Under the pieces are notes generated by a model that was not told the origin of the DNA, searched no databases, and was given only the letters and a program-made list of their open reading frames with translations. DNA of 64,000 bases. Origin: an uncultured Rhabdochlamydiaceae bacterium. Its GTDB lineage: Bacteria > Chlamydiota > Chlamydiia > Chlamydiales > Rhabdochlamydiaceae. Shown here one piece after another: positions 20,148 to 28,033 of this stretch; the first letter of the stretch is position 1; every line of letters starts with the position of its first letter. The position numbers and the translations under genes were made by a program. Location of the stretch: positions 928,001 to 992,000 of the forward strand of contig CAVQHD010000001.1 of the NCBI GenBank assembly GCA_963712275.1. The letters are read 5' to 3'.

Positions 20148-20444
20148 TCATGCCGCAGTAGGTCGGATGGAAATATCAAGATGGCATGCTTGCAATATGG
20201 CCAAAAGTGATTGAAGTCGTGGGTTTCCGCGTTGTGATAGTGTACGATATAAGCTTTCTCGGTTGAGGTCGGTCTCTTTGGCAAGTTTAGCAACACCTCC
20301 ATTGGCGTCAGCAATGTCTTTTAAGGCGATAAGAAATACCTTTGGGTCTTCATCTTCCAAAGCGGCATTTAAATAGGCAGCAGCAGCTTTTGAGTCTTGC
20401 AAACGTTTGAAGAGATGCTCTTTATAATTTCTGAATTTTTTCAT
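20148..20444 (-). CDS. Addiction-module antidote (HI1420-like HTH antitoxin), orphan
   Basis: AAAAYLNAALEDEDPKVFLIALKDIA...LNRESLYRTLSQRGNP; likely start ATG 20444 (the ORF-track extension runs into the inserted element). Confidence 0.88.
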   Translation of the reverse strand: MKKFRNYKEHLFKRLQDSKAAAAYLNAALEDEDPKVFLIALKDIADANGGVAKLAKETDLNRESLYRTLSQRGNPRLQSLLAILQACHLDISIRPTAA

Positions 20445-20453
20445 CCGCTTGAC

Positions 20454-20791
20454 AGTGCGGAAACCCAGTCCTTTAGGACTGGGAGGAAGCACTGTTCCTT
20501 CTTGATTTTAATCTGCTTTTCTTTTAAAGTTACACACATTTAGAGTGTCCAATGGCATTAAGTTGTCTCTGGCTCGGGAATTTCCCGACTCTACGTATTT
20601 AGTCTTCGGACTGGCGCAAGAAACAGACGCTTAAATCTGACTCTTGCTCAATCTATCGGTTGAGCAACGGGCGTGAGAGCCATAGTGCTCGAAGTAAACC
20701 GTCCGTAAGGTGGACCCATAGGGTACCATAAATCACCGCCCTTCGGGGTTGGGTGTCAAAAAGCTTTCGCGTTTAGGCGAGAGTTGTTTAC
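20454..20791 (+). mobile_element. Non-autonomous IS200/IS605-type mini-element (no tnpA or tnpB)
   Basis: TTGAC immediately 5'; left-end hairpin CCCAGTCC-TTTA-GGACTGGG; right-end hairpin TCGCGTTTAGGCGAGAG ending GTTGTTTAC; no TSD. Confidence 0.75.
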
Positions 20792-20811
20792 TTCTTAATG
20801 AGCTATCTGAA
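20537..20811 (+). ncRNA. Putative TnpB-type omega-RNA (scaffold plus flanking guide)
   Basis: Promoter TTGATT-17-TAAAGT (20502-20530); stems AGTC-TTCG-GACT, TTGCTCAA...TTGAGCAA, CC-GTAA-GG and GCCC-TTCG-GGGT, ending at the right end. Confidence 0.55.
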
Positions 20812-21118
20812 AAAGCGTTTGGGTAATGAAGGAATTCAGGCTCACACCCATTGATTGGGCTTGAAGGGTTAGTTTTGCATGAAGTTCGGGGGGGATGCGT
20901 AAATTAAAGGTGCCTGAAAAGGTTTTTTCTGGTTTTTCCTTTCGTTTTTTGCACCAAGCAAGATAATCATTAATGGAGTCATGAAAAACTTGTTCTAATT
21001 CTTCTGCAGAACTTCCTTGGAAAGTAATGATGTCTTTCAAGCCGACGACTTCACCATGGAAAATCTTGTTTACATCGTCATATTCGACGTGCCCGATATA
21101 TCCTTTATATTTCATCAT
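20795..21118 (-). CDS. hicB: HicB family antitoxin
   Basis: MMKYKGYIGHVEYD...FSGTFNLRIPPELH...SLNSFI. Confidence 0.92.
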   Translation of the reverse strand: MMKYKGYIGHVEYDDVNKIFHGEVVGLKDIITFQGSSAEELEQVFHDSINDYLAWCKKRKEKPEKTFSGTFNLRIPPELHAKLTLQAQSMGVSLNSFITQTLFQIAH

Positions 21119-21366
21119 GGTTTTTTCTCCTCTGGATTAATCTCTGCATTTTCTAAAAATTTTCTTAAAGACACCAAAGCTCCTTTATCGATCTCCTTAC
21201 GTGGATGGGGTCGGTGAAACACCGCTTTTACTCCTTTTAAGGCAATTCGAACTCTTGAGCCTTCTCCTTCACTTATTTCTGCTCCAAGGTAAACCAGCAG
21301 GTTTTCACAAGCCCTCCATTCTACATTTGATTGTATCGGTGTCTTAAAAATCGCTTTGAGGGTTGT
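21115..21366 (-). pseudogene. hicA: HicA toxin, 5'-truncated
   Basis: Not in the ORF track. TLKAIFKTPIQSNVEW...EGEGSRVRIALKGVKAVFHRPHP; its stop overlaps the hicB ATG; in-frame TAA at 21367-69 and no N-terminal start. Confidence 0.82.
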
Positions 21367-21376
21367 TTACCGCTTC

Positions 21377-21658
21377 TTATGCTACGGCATGATGCACGAT
21401 TTTCGCAATCGTTCGGATCGTTGGGTTCCCTTTGCTTGATAGGGCGTTTTGAATTGTTGTACGAGATAAGTCTGTTTCTTTCGCAGCTTTTGTTCTGTTA
21501 ATGTAGAGATAGGTGTTTAAAATCTCTAAGAAAGCTGGAGCATCGTTTTCTTCTAGGCTCTTAAGCAATGCCTCTGCAACTTTTTCATGACGTTTGAAAA
21601 ACTCGCTAGGGTCATGATCTCGTAATTGAGGGTTTTTTTTACTTTTTATAATGGGCAT
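21377..21658 (-). CDS. HTH antitoxin (addiction-module antidote)
   Basis: LSRTTIQNALSSKGNPTIRTIAKI; downstream of a RelE-like toxin; start at 21658 or 21706. Confidence 0.8.
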   Translation of the reverse strand: MPIIKSKKNPQLRDHDPSEFFKRHEKVAEALLKSLEENDAPAFLEILNTYLYINRTKAAKETDLSRTTIQNALSSKGNPTIRTIAKIVHHAVA

Positions 21659-21956
21659 ATCGTCGAAACAAGTTTTCCGCTTTTTTAAGATCTTTTTTTT
21701 GGTCATTTTTCTTTCCTCCCAGTAGCACCACGATGGCAGCTATTTCTTCCCTGTAATAATAGACCCGCCAGCCATTCTTCCATCTGAGCTCGAAAAGAGG
21801 GTAGCTGGAACCTTCTAGTGCTTTAAAGTCACCAAAATGATGATATTCTTGAATTCTATACAGCCGGGCTTCGATTTGAGCTTGTTCTTTCGAGTTTAAT
21901 TCTGAAAGCCACTCTTCGAATTCCGGGGTCTTTCTTACCTTTATCACATGAAACAT
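21639..21956 (-). CDS. RelE/ParE (HigB-like) addiction-module toxin
   Basis: TPEFEEWL...HHFGDFK...LFELRWKNGWRVYY...LLGGKKNDQKKD. Confidence 0.88.
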   Translation of the reverse strand: MFHVIKVRKTPEFEEWLSELNSKEQAQIEARLYRIQEYHHFGDFKALEGSSYPLFELRWKNGWRVYYYREEIAAIVVLLGGKKNDQKKDLKKAENLFRRYAHYKK

Positions 21957-22130
21957 TATATTTAGCGCCCAATATAATGTACACCAGTTTTATGTGGTGG
22001 GGGAATTTAGGGGAAATGGTGACAAAAAATCGCCACTTTTGACAAGAGATGCCAATTGACTAACCTATACAAGTCACTAATAGAGCGGTTGTTAAGTCTT
22101 GCCCATAATTGTCATTTGCTGAATTATGAA

Positions 22131-22174
22131 GACTGTTAATCCATTGGTCGCAAGTTCGAATCTTACATTCGGAG
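22131..22174 (+). repeat. attR-like duplication of the tRNA-Asn 3' part
   Basis: 42/44 identical to 12745-12788. Confidence 0.92.
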
Positions 22175-22302
22175 TTTTTTCCATTTCTCGTGCCCTCGCT
22201 CTAAGAATTAACCACTTGGTCTTCAAAATCAATTGGGTGCAAAATTCTGTGGTTTTCGAATTGCTTTTCGTAGTAACATTGTGGATACGGAGGTAAGGAG
22301 GG

Positions 22303-22539
22303 GTGATTATGCTAAAACGGTTGATTAAGCATGGCAATAGCCGTGCAATAGTAGTAGATAAAGCTATTTTAGAAGCCGCAGGAATTCCAGAAAATGCTCT
22401 TTTTCAAATTTCAGTGAACCCTAGTGGTGGATTGGTTATCCAATCTGTCCTAGATATTAAAGTTGATGAGTTTCGTGAAAAATTCAAAGAGCTAAATAAA
22501 CGGCATAAAAAACTTATGCAGAATTTGGCGGATTTGTGA
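22303..22539 (+). CDS. AbrB/MazE-like antitoxin
   Basis: LKRLIKHGNSRAIVVDKAIL; overlaps the doc start. Confidence 0.85.
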   Translation: MIMLKRLIKHGNSRAIVVDKAILEAAGIPENALFQISVNPSGGLVIQSVLDIKVDEFREKFKELNKRHKKLMQNLADL

Positions 22540-22925
22540 TTCATTACATTACTTATCAATATGTTATTGAAGTTCATGATAGTTTGATTGATGAATACGG
22601 CGGGCGAAAAGGGATTCTAAACGAAGGACTTTTGAGATCTGCTTTAGAAATGCCAAAAGCACGTTTCGATGGAAAGGATTTACATCGTACAATTTTTGAT
22701 AAAACTGCGGCGTATCTGTTTCATCTTATTCAAAATCACCCATTTGTAGACGGAAATAAACGTACAGCTTCAATGGTAGCAATGATTTTCTTCGCTTCGA
22801 ATTGTAAAAAAGAGTTTACCATTTTTGATGCCAAGTATCAAGAAATCATTCTAGGGGTAGCTCAAGGGGTTGTAACAAAAAAAGAAATAGCTAAATTTTT
22901 TTGCAATTCGCAACACGAAAAATAA
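22536..22925 (+). CDS. doc: Death-on-curing (Fic/Doc) toxin
   Basis: Motif HPFVDGNKRTA. Confidence 0.9.
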   Translation: MIHYITYQYVIEVHDSLIDEYGGRKGILNEGLLRSALEMPKARFDGKDLHRTIFDKTAAYLFHLIQNHPFVDGNKRTASMVAMIFFASNCKKEFTIFDAKYQEIILGVAQGVVTKKEIAKFFCNSQHEK

Positions 22926-22933
22926 AAGCTATT

Positions 22934-23060
22934 GAGGTAGTTGCAAAACTCCGATTTGGGGCCAAATCCGCGCTTTTTGGGCAGGATCCGGATTCTGTGC
23001 AAATCGCCTACTCTGAGCCGAGTATGACAATTTGCGCAGAAACCGGCCCTGCCCAAAATT
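22934..23060. repeat. Degenerate palindromic MITE-like element (second family)
   Basis: End GAGGTAGTTGCAAAACTC; imperfect hairpin TTTTGGGCAGG...TGCAAAT...ATTTGCG...CCTGCCCAAAA. Confidence 0.6.
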
Positions 23061-23110
23061 CATCCGACCATTCTACGATATATCGTATTTTAGGTAGCCA
23101 TGCGTACATG

Positions 23111-23581
23111 CTATGAGGTCTTTCTTTCGCTAATATAAGCAAATACTAGCCCCATAAAAGCCCCTGCAATAACATCATGGACCCAATGAGCGCGCAAGAC
23201 TACCCGACTGAGGCCAACGGTCGCAGCAACCAGTCCAGCGAGTGTGAAGGGAATGGCCTTAAAGTCATAGCGGAAAACTAAAAATGCCGCTCCTAAGAAC
23301 GCGGCTGCCGTGTGTCCTGATGGGAACGAGCCCGAGCGACCATTTGGGCGCGCGGAGGAGATAAGACGTTTCATCATCTCTAGAAAAATTTGATTGACGA
23401 GAAGGATACGAGCTAGAGAAAAGCATCCCTGTTTATCGTTTTGTCCTAAGGCATATAATCCTGCGTAGGCGGGAACGGCAATTTGCCCGATCCAGCTGCA
23501 CCAAGCAAGGCGTTTGTGAAGAGATGGAGAAAGTATAGGGAAATCACATCCGAGAAAACGTAGGATAGGGTCTGAAGACAT
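23111..23581 (-). CDS. PAP2 family phosphatase
   Basis: Motifs KxxxxxxRP, SFPSGH and SRVVLRAHWVHDV. Confidence 0.9.
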   Translation of the reverse strand: MSSDPILRFLGCDFPILSPSLHKRLAWCSWIGQIAVPAYAGLYALGQNDKQGCFSLARILLVNQIFLEMMKRLISSARPNGRSGSFPSGHTAAAFLGAAFLVFRYDFKAIPFTLAGLVAATVGLSRVVLRAHWVHDVIAGAFMGLVFAYISERKTS

Positions 23582-23714
23582 CGATTCACCTTAGTAACAA
23601 AGCTTGCCATGGGGGAAATAATACAGAGGAATCAAAAAAAATTCAAGCTACAAAAATATTGTGAAATTTGATATACTGTTTTTTGTAAAGTTTATTTAAT
23701 CAACTAAAAGGTTT

Positions 23715-25190
23715 ATGGTAACTGCTATTCATGGTTTTCTAAAAACGCATGTTTCCTCGCAAAAGCTTTCTTTGGGTAGCAAAGCTGTAGCTGGGCTTTT
23801 GGTGGGTGCGGTTCTGTATAACTCTTTTATTGAAACAACATGGCTGAACCGGGTCGTTATTCTTGTTAAAAAGATTTTTGCAGAGGTTCTTGATTTCGTA
23901 AGACAATGCTTCCCAGAAGCTAAAAACCCGTTTCCAGATGGAAAATACGCTGATCCTGCTTTGAATCAAAAAGAAATTGCCCGATTCATTGCATCACAAC
24001 AGCAAAAATTTGATAGGGCAATCAGGCAATCCAATATGACGGCCCTGATCATAAAATTTCTGAATGATCCCCAAGCCCAGCTGATTAACATTAGAAGAAA
24101 CACTCACAATCGAGAGGATTGTCCCGAAACTTATTTCATGCATTTGTATGAATGTGCTTGCGAGAGTCAATTCGACCGGTTTTGTAATTCAAGGCGACTT
24201 GACATTGAAACCCAATTCCTGAAAAACACACAAGAGCTGTGCCCCAAGGATCAAGAACTTCGGTATCTTGGCATTGGAGTTGGGGGAGGATTGCAAGATT
24301 TTATCAATTTAGGAAAGTTAGTTCGAGCAGGTTATACGAGTATTAAAGCTGTGCTTGTCGATTTGGAATTTAAGGTTCCCTCTGAAAAATTCAAAAAGCT
24401 TCAGACTCAAATGGGATATTTAGAGATCTTTGCTAAGGAAATGAAGGCTAAATTAGAGATTTCCTACCGCTCTTCCACTTTGGGCATCTGCGAGAAATAT
24501 CATGTGATTCAGCAGATCGATGTGGTTGATCTTTCTCAGGCAGGTCGATCTCGTGCTTTACTTGAGGAGAATGGAAGGTTTTATCTTGCTTTTAAGACTT
24601 ATGATCTCTTTTTTAGTAAATTAGAGTTGGTTCACACCAAGTTTTTCCACGAGCTTTGCGATGAAATCACCGAGTTAACCCAAGGAATGGAGGAGGCTGT
24701 TCAAAAATTAGAGAGAGAACATCTGAAAATAGCCTTTTTAAGCCCTAAAGTCCATTTGATCCAATGGATCCAAATTCTTCCTATTCTATGCAATCATTCG
24801 ATCGTAAAGAAAATTTCTCTCACCCTATTTCAGGTAACTGTCGAAAGCATCCCGGAATTGAATCAATTTTTCAGTCTTATCACAGGTAAAGAGGTCGAAA
24901 CCACTGTTGAGCGGGATGATCCTAGCCACTATTCTTCATCGACTCAGTTTGATATTGTTGCAGATCTTTTTTCCGTCCGTTTTGAGGATCAACTAAAATC
25001 GATATTACAAAAATTTAGCCAAGGTTCCCCAAGGCCAATATTATTTTTTGATACTACAACTAAAAATTGTAAGAAAATTTTATGGGAGTGTGTTTGGCAA
25101 TGGGATCCAGCCTCTGGAATTAGATTTTTTGGAAAATCCTCTGACACCACGCAAAAAAAAGTCACAGCCTTACTGCAGGAATCGACATAG
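23715..25190 (+). CDS. Hypothetical protein (N-terminal TM; possible Rossmann/methyltransferase-like segment)
   Basis: 491-aa ORF; LRYLGIGVGGG motif. Confidence 0.55.
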   Translation: MVTAIHGFLKTHVSSQKLSLGSKAVAGLLVGAVLYNSFIETTWLNRVVILVKKIFAEVLDFVRQCFPEAKNPFPDGKYADPALNQKEIARFIASQQQKFDRAIRQSNMTALIIKFLNDPQAQLINIRRNTHNREDCPETYFMHLYECACESQFDRFCNSRRLDIETQFLKNTQELCPKDQELRYLGIGVGGGLQDFINLGKLVRAGYTSIKAVLVDLEFKVPSEKFKKLQTQMGYLEIFAKEMKAKLEISYRSSTLGICEKYHVIQQIDVVDLSQAGRSRALLEENGRFYLAFKTYDLFFSKLELVHTKFFHELCDEITELTQGMEEAVQKLEREHLKIAFLSPKVHLIQWIQILPILCNHSIVKKISLTLFQVTVESIPELNQFFSLITGKEVETTVERDDPSHYSSSTQFDIVADLFSVRFEDQLKSILQKFSQGSPRPILFFDTTTKNCKKILWECVWQWDPASGIRFFGKSSDTTQKKVTALLQEST

Positions 25191-25244
25191 TATTCCGCTT
25201 TTTTAAGACAGCTTCTTAGAGAGTGTTAAGAAAAGGAGAAAAAC

Positions 25245-25679
25245 ATGATGAAAAGAACAGGGTTGCTCAGCTTGTCCATCCTGGCTATGACATTTTTAAA
25301 TCTCTTTGCAGATCCTATACATTCATACCAAGAACTCACCTCTGCAATGCGAGAGGGAGACCGTTTTGTGATTCTAGTAGATTTGCAACAGTGCACGGGC
25401 AAGGCTGGGATGCCAATGGGATATTTAGCCCCAAAAGCGATGATGCTGGTCCCTGCAAAAGAGACAATTCCAGAACGTGTGCTAACCTCGGACCTACATT
25501 TCACTGACCATTCAGGCAAGCCAACCTATGAGTATGTCAAGTACACTTTCAATGTCGATAATACCGTTGTAATCCAAACGACTTTTTATGATCCTCAAGA
25601 TTTTAAGGCCATAGGCTCAGCTCATACGATGAACTGCAGTCTGGGTAGAGGAGTGAAAATCTATTCAAACAACGATTAA
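25245..25679 (+). CDS. VirK family secreted protein
   Basis: Signal peptide; LTSAMREGDRFVILVDLQQC...SDLHFT...PTYEYVKY pattern. Confidence 0.7.
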   Translation: MMKRTGLLSLSILAMTFLNLFADPIHSYQELTSAMREGDRFVILVDLQQCTGKAGMPMGYLAPKAMMLVPAKETIPERVLTSDLHFTDHSGKPTYEYVKYTFNVDNTVVIQTTFYDPQDFKAIGSAHTMNCSLGRGVKIYSNND

Positions 25680-25736
25680 GACAGCTTCTAAAAAGCTGCT
25701 CGCTATCAAACCAAGTAATTGATATATTTTCCCCCT

Positions 25737-26993
25737 ATGAGAAAGATTATTCTTTCATTACTCGTTTGGTTTTCTTTGGTTGCTGAGCCTATGAATCTTG
25801 CCGAATTAATCGATATGGGGCTCCAAAACAATCCGGAGACAACAAAAGCATGGGCCAATACAAAACGTGCTCAAGCACAGCTGGGACTTGCTCAAAGCGA
25901 GTATTATCCGACGGTCGGAGTACAAGGTAAGCTTACCCACGGACGGGATGTAAAGTTTGTCAATGGTCCTGAGGTCATTTTCACCAACTATGGGGCCGAT
26001 CTTGTGCTTTCTTATTTATTATTTGACTTTGGAGAGCGGAAAGCAGAAGTGCAGGCCATGCGAAGCGCATTAAAAGCATCAAGATGGTCTGAAGACTTTT
26101 TGATGCAAAAAATTATTTATAAAATCTCTGCTAGTTACTATGAGTACTTAAGTGCTCAAGAACTCATTCGAACCAAAGAAATGACTCTTAAAGATGTCGA
26201 GCAAATTCAAGATGCAGCACAGGAACTGTTGCATGCGGGGCTGCGATCTGAAACTGATCAAACATTGAGTAAAGCCGCTGTGGCGCAGCTACAAATAGAA
26301 TTGGCCGAATGGAGAGCAAAAGCGGCTGTCGCTTATTGCAAGCTTTTAATGGAATTAGGTCTTCCGTTTGAGACTAAGATAGAGATCGATACAGCGCTAA
26401 AAGAAAGTGAGGTTATTCTCGAGGGTGTGCAGGATTTAATTGCAAAAGCTGAGGAAAAGCGAGCTGATGTGCTAGCGATGAAAGCAACCTTGAGTGAGCT
26501 GCATGAGCGGGTTAAGAAAAGTCGAAGAAGCCAGCGCCCTAAATTAAGAGCTTTGGGTCAAGGGGGTTGGATAGAGTATGTTAAACACAAAGATCGAGGA
26601 TATAATTATACGGCGGGCTTGGCGCTTGACATCCCTCTTTTCAAAGGATTTGAAAATACCTATCAAAATCGAAAGGCGCTTGCGGATGAAGAAATCACTG
26701 CCATTGAATTGAAACAACTCCAAGAAGAAGTTGCGCTTGAGGTCATCACTTATAGCGCAGCTGTTAAAGCATCTCAAGAGGCTCTCCCTTGGAGCGGCCG
26801 GTATCTAGAAGAAGCGATAAAGTCGTATGAAGCCGCTTTGGAAAATTACAAGGCAGGGCTGCATAATATCTTCAATCTTCTTCAAACCCAGCAGTCTCTT
26901 GCGGATGCACGTATGAAAGAAACAGAGGCAAAAACAAAGTGGCGGGTAGCGCTGGCTCAGCTGGCATTTGCAACGGGGAGTATACAAAAATGA
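25737..26993 (+). CDS. TolC family outer membrane efflux protein
   Basis: LQNNP, AQSEYYP and IPLFKGF duplicated OEP repeats; in an operon with MFP and RND genes. Confidence 0.9.
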   Translation: MRKIILSLLVWFSLVAEPMNLAELIDMGLQNNPETTKAWANTKRAQAQLGLAQSEYYPTVGVQGKLTHGRDVKFVNGPEVIFTNYGADLVLSYLLFDFGERKAEVQAMRSALKASRWSEDFLMQKIIYKISASYYEYLSAQELIRTKEMTLKDVEQIQDAAQELLHAGLRSETDQTLSKAAVAQLQIELAEWRAKAAVAYCKLLMELGLPFETKIEIDTALKESEVILEGVQDLIAKAEEKRADVLAMKATLSELHERVKKSRRSQRPKLRALGQGGWIEYVKHKDRGYNYTAGLALDIPLFKGFENTYQNRKALADEEITAIELKQLQEEVALEVITYSAAVKASQEALPWSGRYLEEAIKSYEAALENYKAGLHNIFNLLQTQQSLADARMKETEAKTKWRVALAQLAFATGSIQK

Positions 26994-28033
26994 GACGGTT
27001 ATTGCTGTTATTGATGCTTGCTGCCTGCTCTAAAGAAGACAGTAAGAAAAGCTTTGAAATGCCACCTATTCCTGTACAAACGGCGCAAGTTGAAGTACGC
27101 GATTTGCCCTTATATTTTGAATCGATCGGAACGATTAAACCTTTTCAATCCGCCGAAGTAAAATCGCAAGTATCAGGAATGATTACAGGCATTTATTTTA
27201 CTGAAGGGCAGCTGGTAAAAAAAGGAGCGCTTCTTTACACAATCGATGAGGCCCCTTATGAGATTCGGGTCCGGGAAGCAGAAGCGATGCTCTTGCAGGA
27301 TAAGGCTCATTTACAAAATGAGCAAAAAAAATTGGAGAGATACAAGAGTCTCTCCAGGCCCGGTTTAATCGCTGCAGTCGAGTGGGATGAATTGCACACA
27401 AAAATTGCGCTCCGGGAAGCAATGGTCAAAGTAGATGAAGCAAAACTGTCTGCTGCGCAGCTTGATTTGGAGCGGTGCCGTATCATGGCTCCCATCGACG
27501 GACGCGCGGGAAAAACAGCATTGCAAGTAGGAAACATGACGAGTGAAAAACCTCTTGTGAAACTATCACAGATGGATCCCCTTGCTGTTGATTTTGAAAT
27601 CACTCTGGATGAACGAGAAAAATTGCCTGAAGCGCCTCAACTTGAGATTTACATGATTGGGAAATCTGAATCGCTCGCATCGGGACATGTGACATTTTTA
27701 GATCATAGTATCGACCCTAGATCAGGAATGATTGCAGCTCAAGGTTTGTTAAAAGATTTGAAGGCTCCTCTTTGGGCGGATGAGAGAGTACGTGTCAAAG
27801 TCTTTTTCGGAAAAAAAATAGGAGCGAGATTGATTCCTCTTCGGGCCATTAAAACAAACCAAACAGGCCCCTACGTTTTCTTGGTCAAAGAGGACCATAC
27901 AGTCGAGATGCGCTCTTTACAACTAGGCCCTGAAGAAAAAGGATTTGTCGTTGTCGACCTAGATGGAGGCACTGTTGTCACGGAAGGGCATAGTCGGCTT
28001 TATCCCGGGTCCAAAGTAGAGGAAAAAGAGTGA
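26990..28033 (+). CDS. RND efflux periplasmic adaptor (lipoprotein)
   Basis: Lipobox LAAC; EVKSQVSG...EGQLVKKG; IMAPIDG. Confidence 0.92.
   Translation: MRRLLLLLMLAACSKEDSKKSFEMPPIPVQTAQVEVRDLPLYFESIGTIKPFQSAEVKSQVSGMITGIYFTEGQLVKKGALLYTIDEAPYEIRVREAEAMLLQDKAHLQNEQKKLERYKSLSRPGLIAAVEWDELHTKIALREAMVKVDEAKLSAAQLDLERCRIMAPIDGRAGKTALQVGNMTSEKPLVKLSQMDPLAVDFEITLDEREKLPEAPQLEIYMIGKSESLASGHVTFLDHSIDPRSGMIAAQGLLKDLKAPLWADERVRVKVFFGKKIGARLIPLRAIKTNQTGPYVFLVKEDHTVEMRSLQLGPEEKGFVVVDLDGGTVVTEGHSRLYPGSKVEEKE

Larger units (their letters stand above)
12789..22174. mobile_element. Genomic island integrated at tRNA-Asn (no integrase seen)
   Basis: The 3' 44 nt of the tRNA (12745-12788) are repeated at 22131-22174 with 2 mismatches; accessory and TA cargo lies between. 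Confidence 0.8.

Noticed and set aside
20560..20760. Group I intron/IStron reading of the structured RNA
   Set aside because: GACTCTACG and TAGTC resemble P7 elements but are adjacent, with no P3-P6/P8 core, and the element is intergenic.
21361..21370. GTTGTTTAC at the hicA truncation point, matching the mini-element right end
   Set aside because: Only a 9-nt match with no hairpin, and most of it is hicA coding sequence; could be chance.
22131..22174. Second tRNA-Asn gene
   Set aside because: Only the 3' 44 nt are present, so it is treated as attR.
13000..25700. Integron cassette array
   Set aside because: No intI gene and no recurrent attC (RYYYAAC...GTTRRRY) sites could be identified; gene orientations are mixed.
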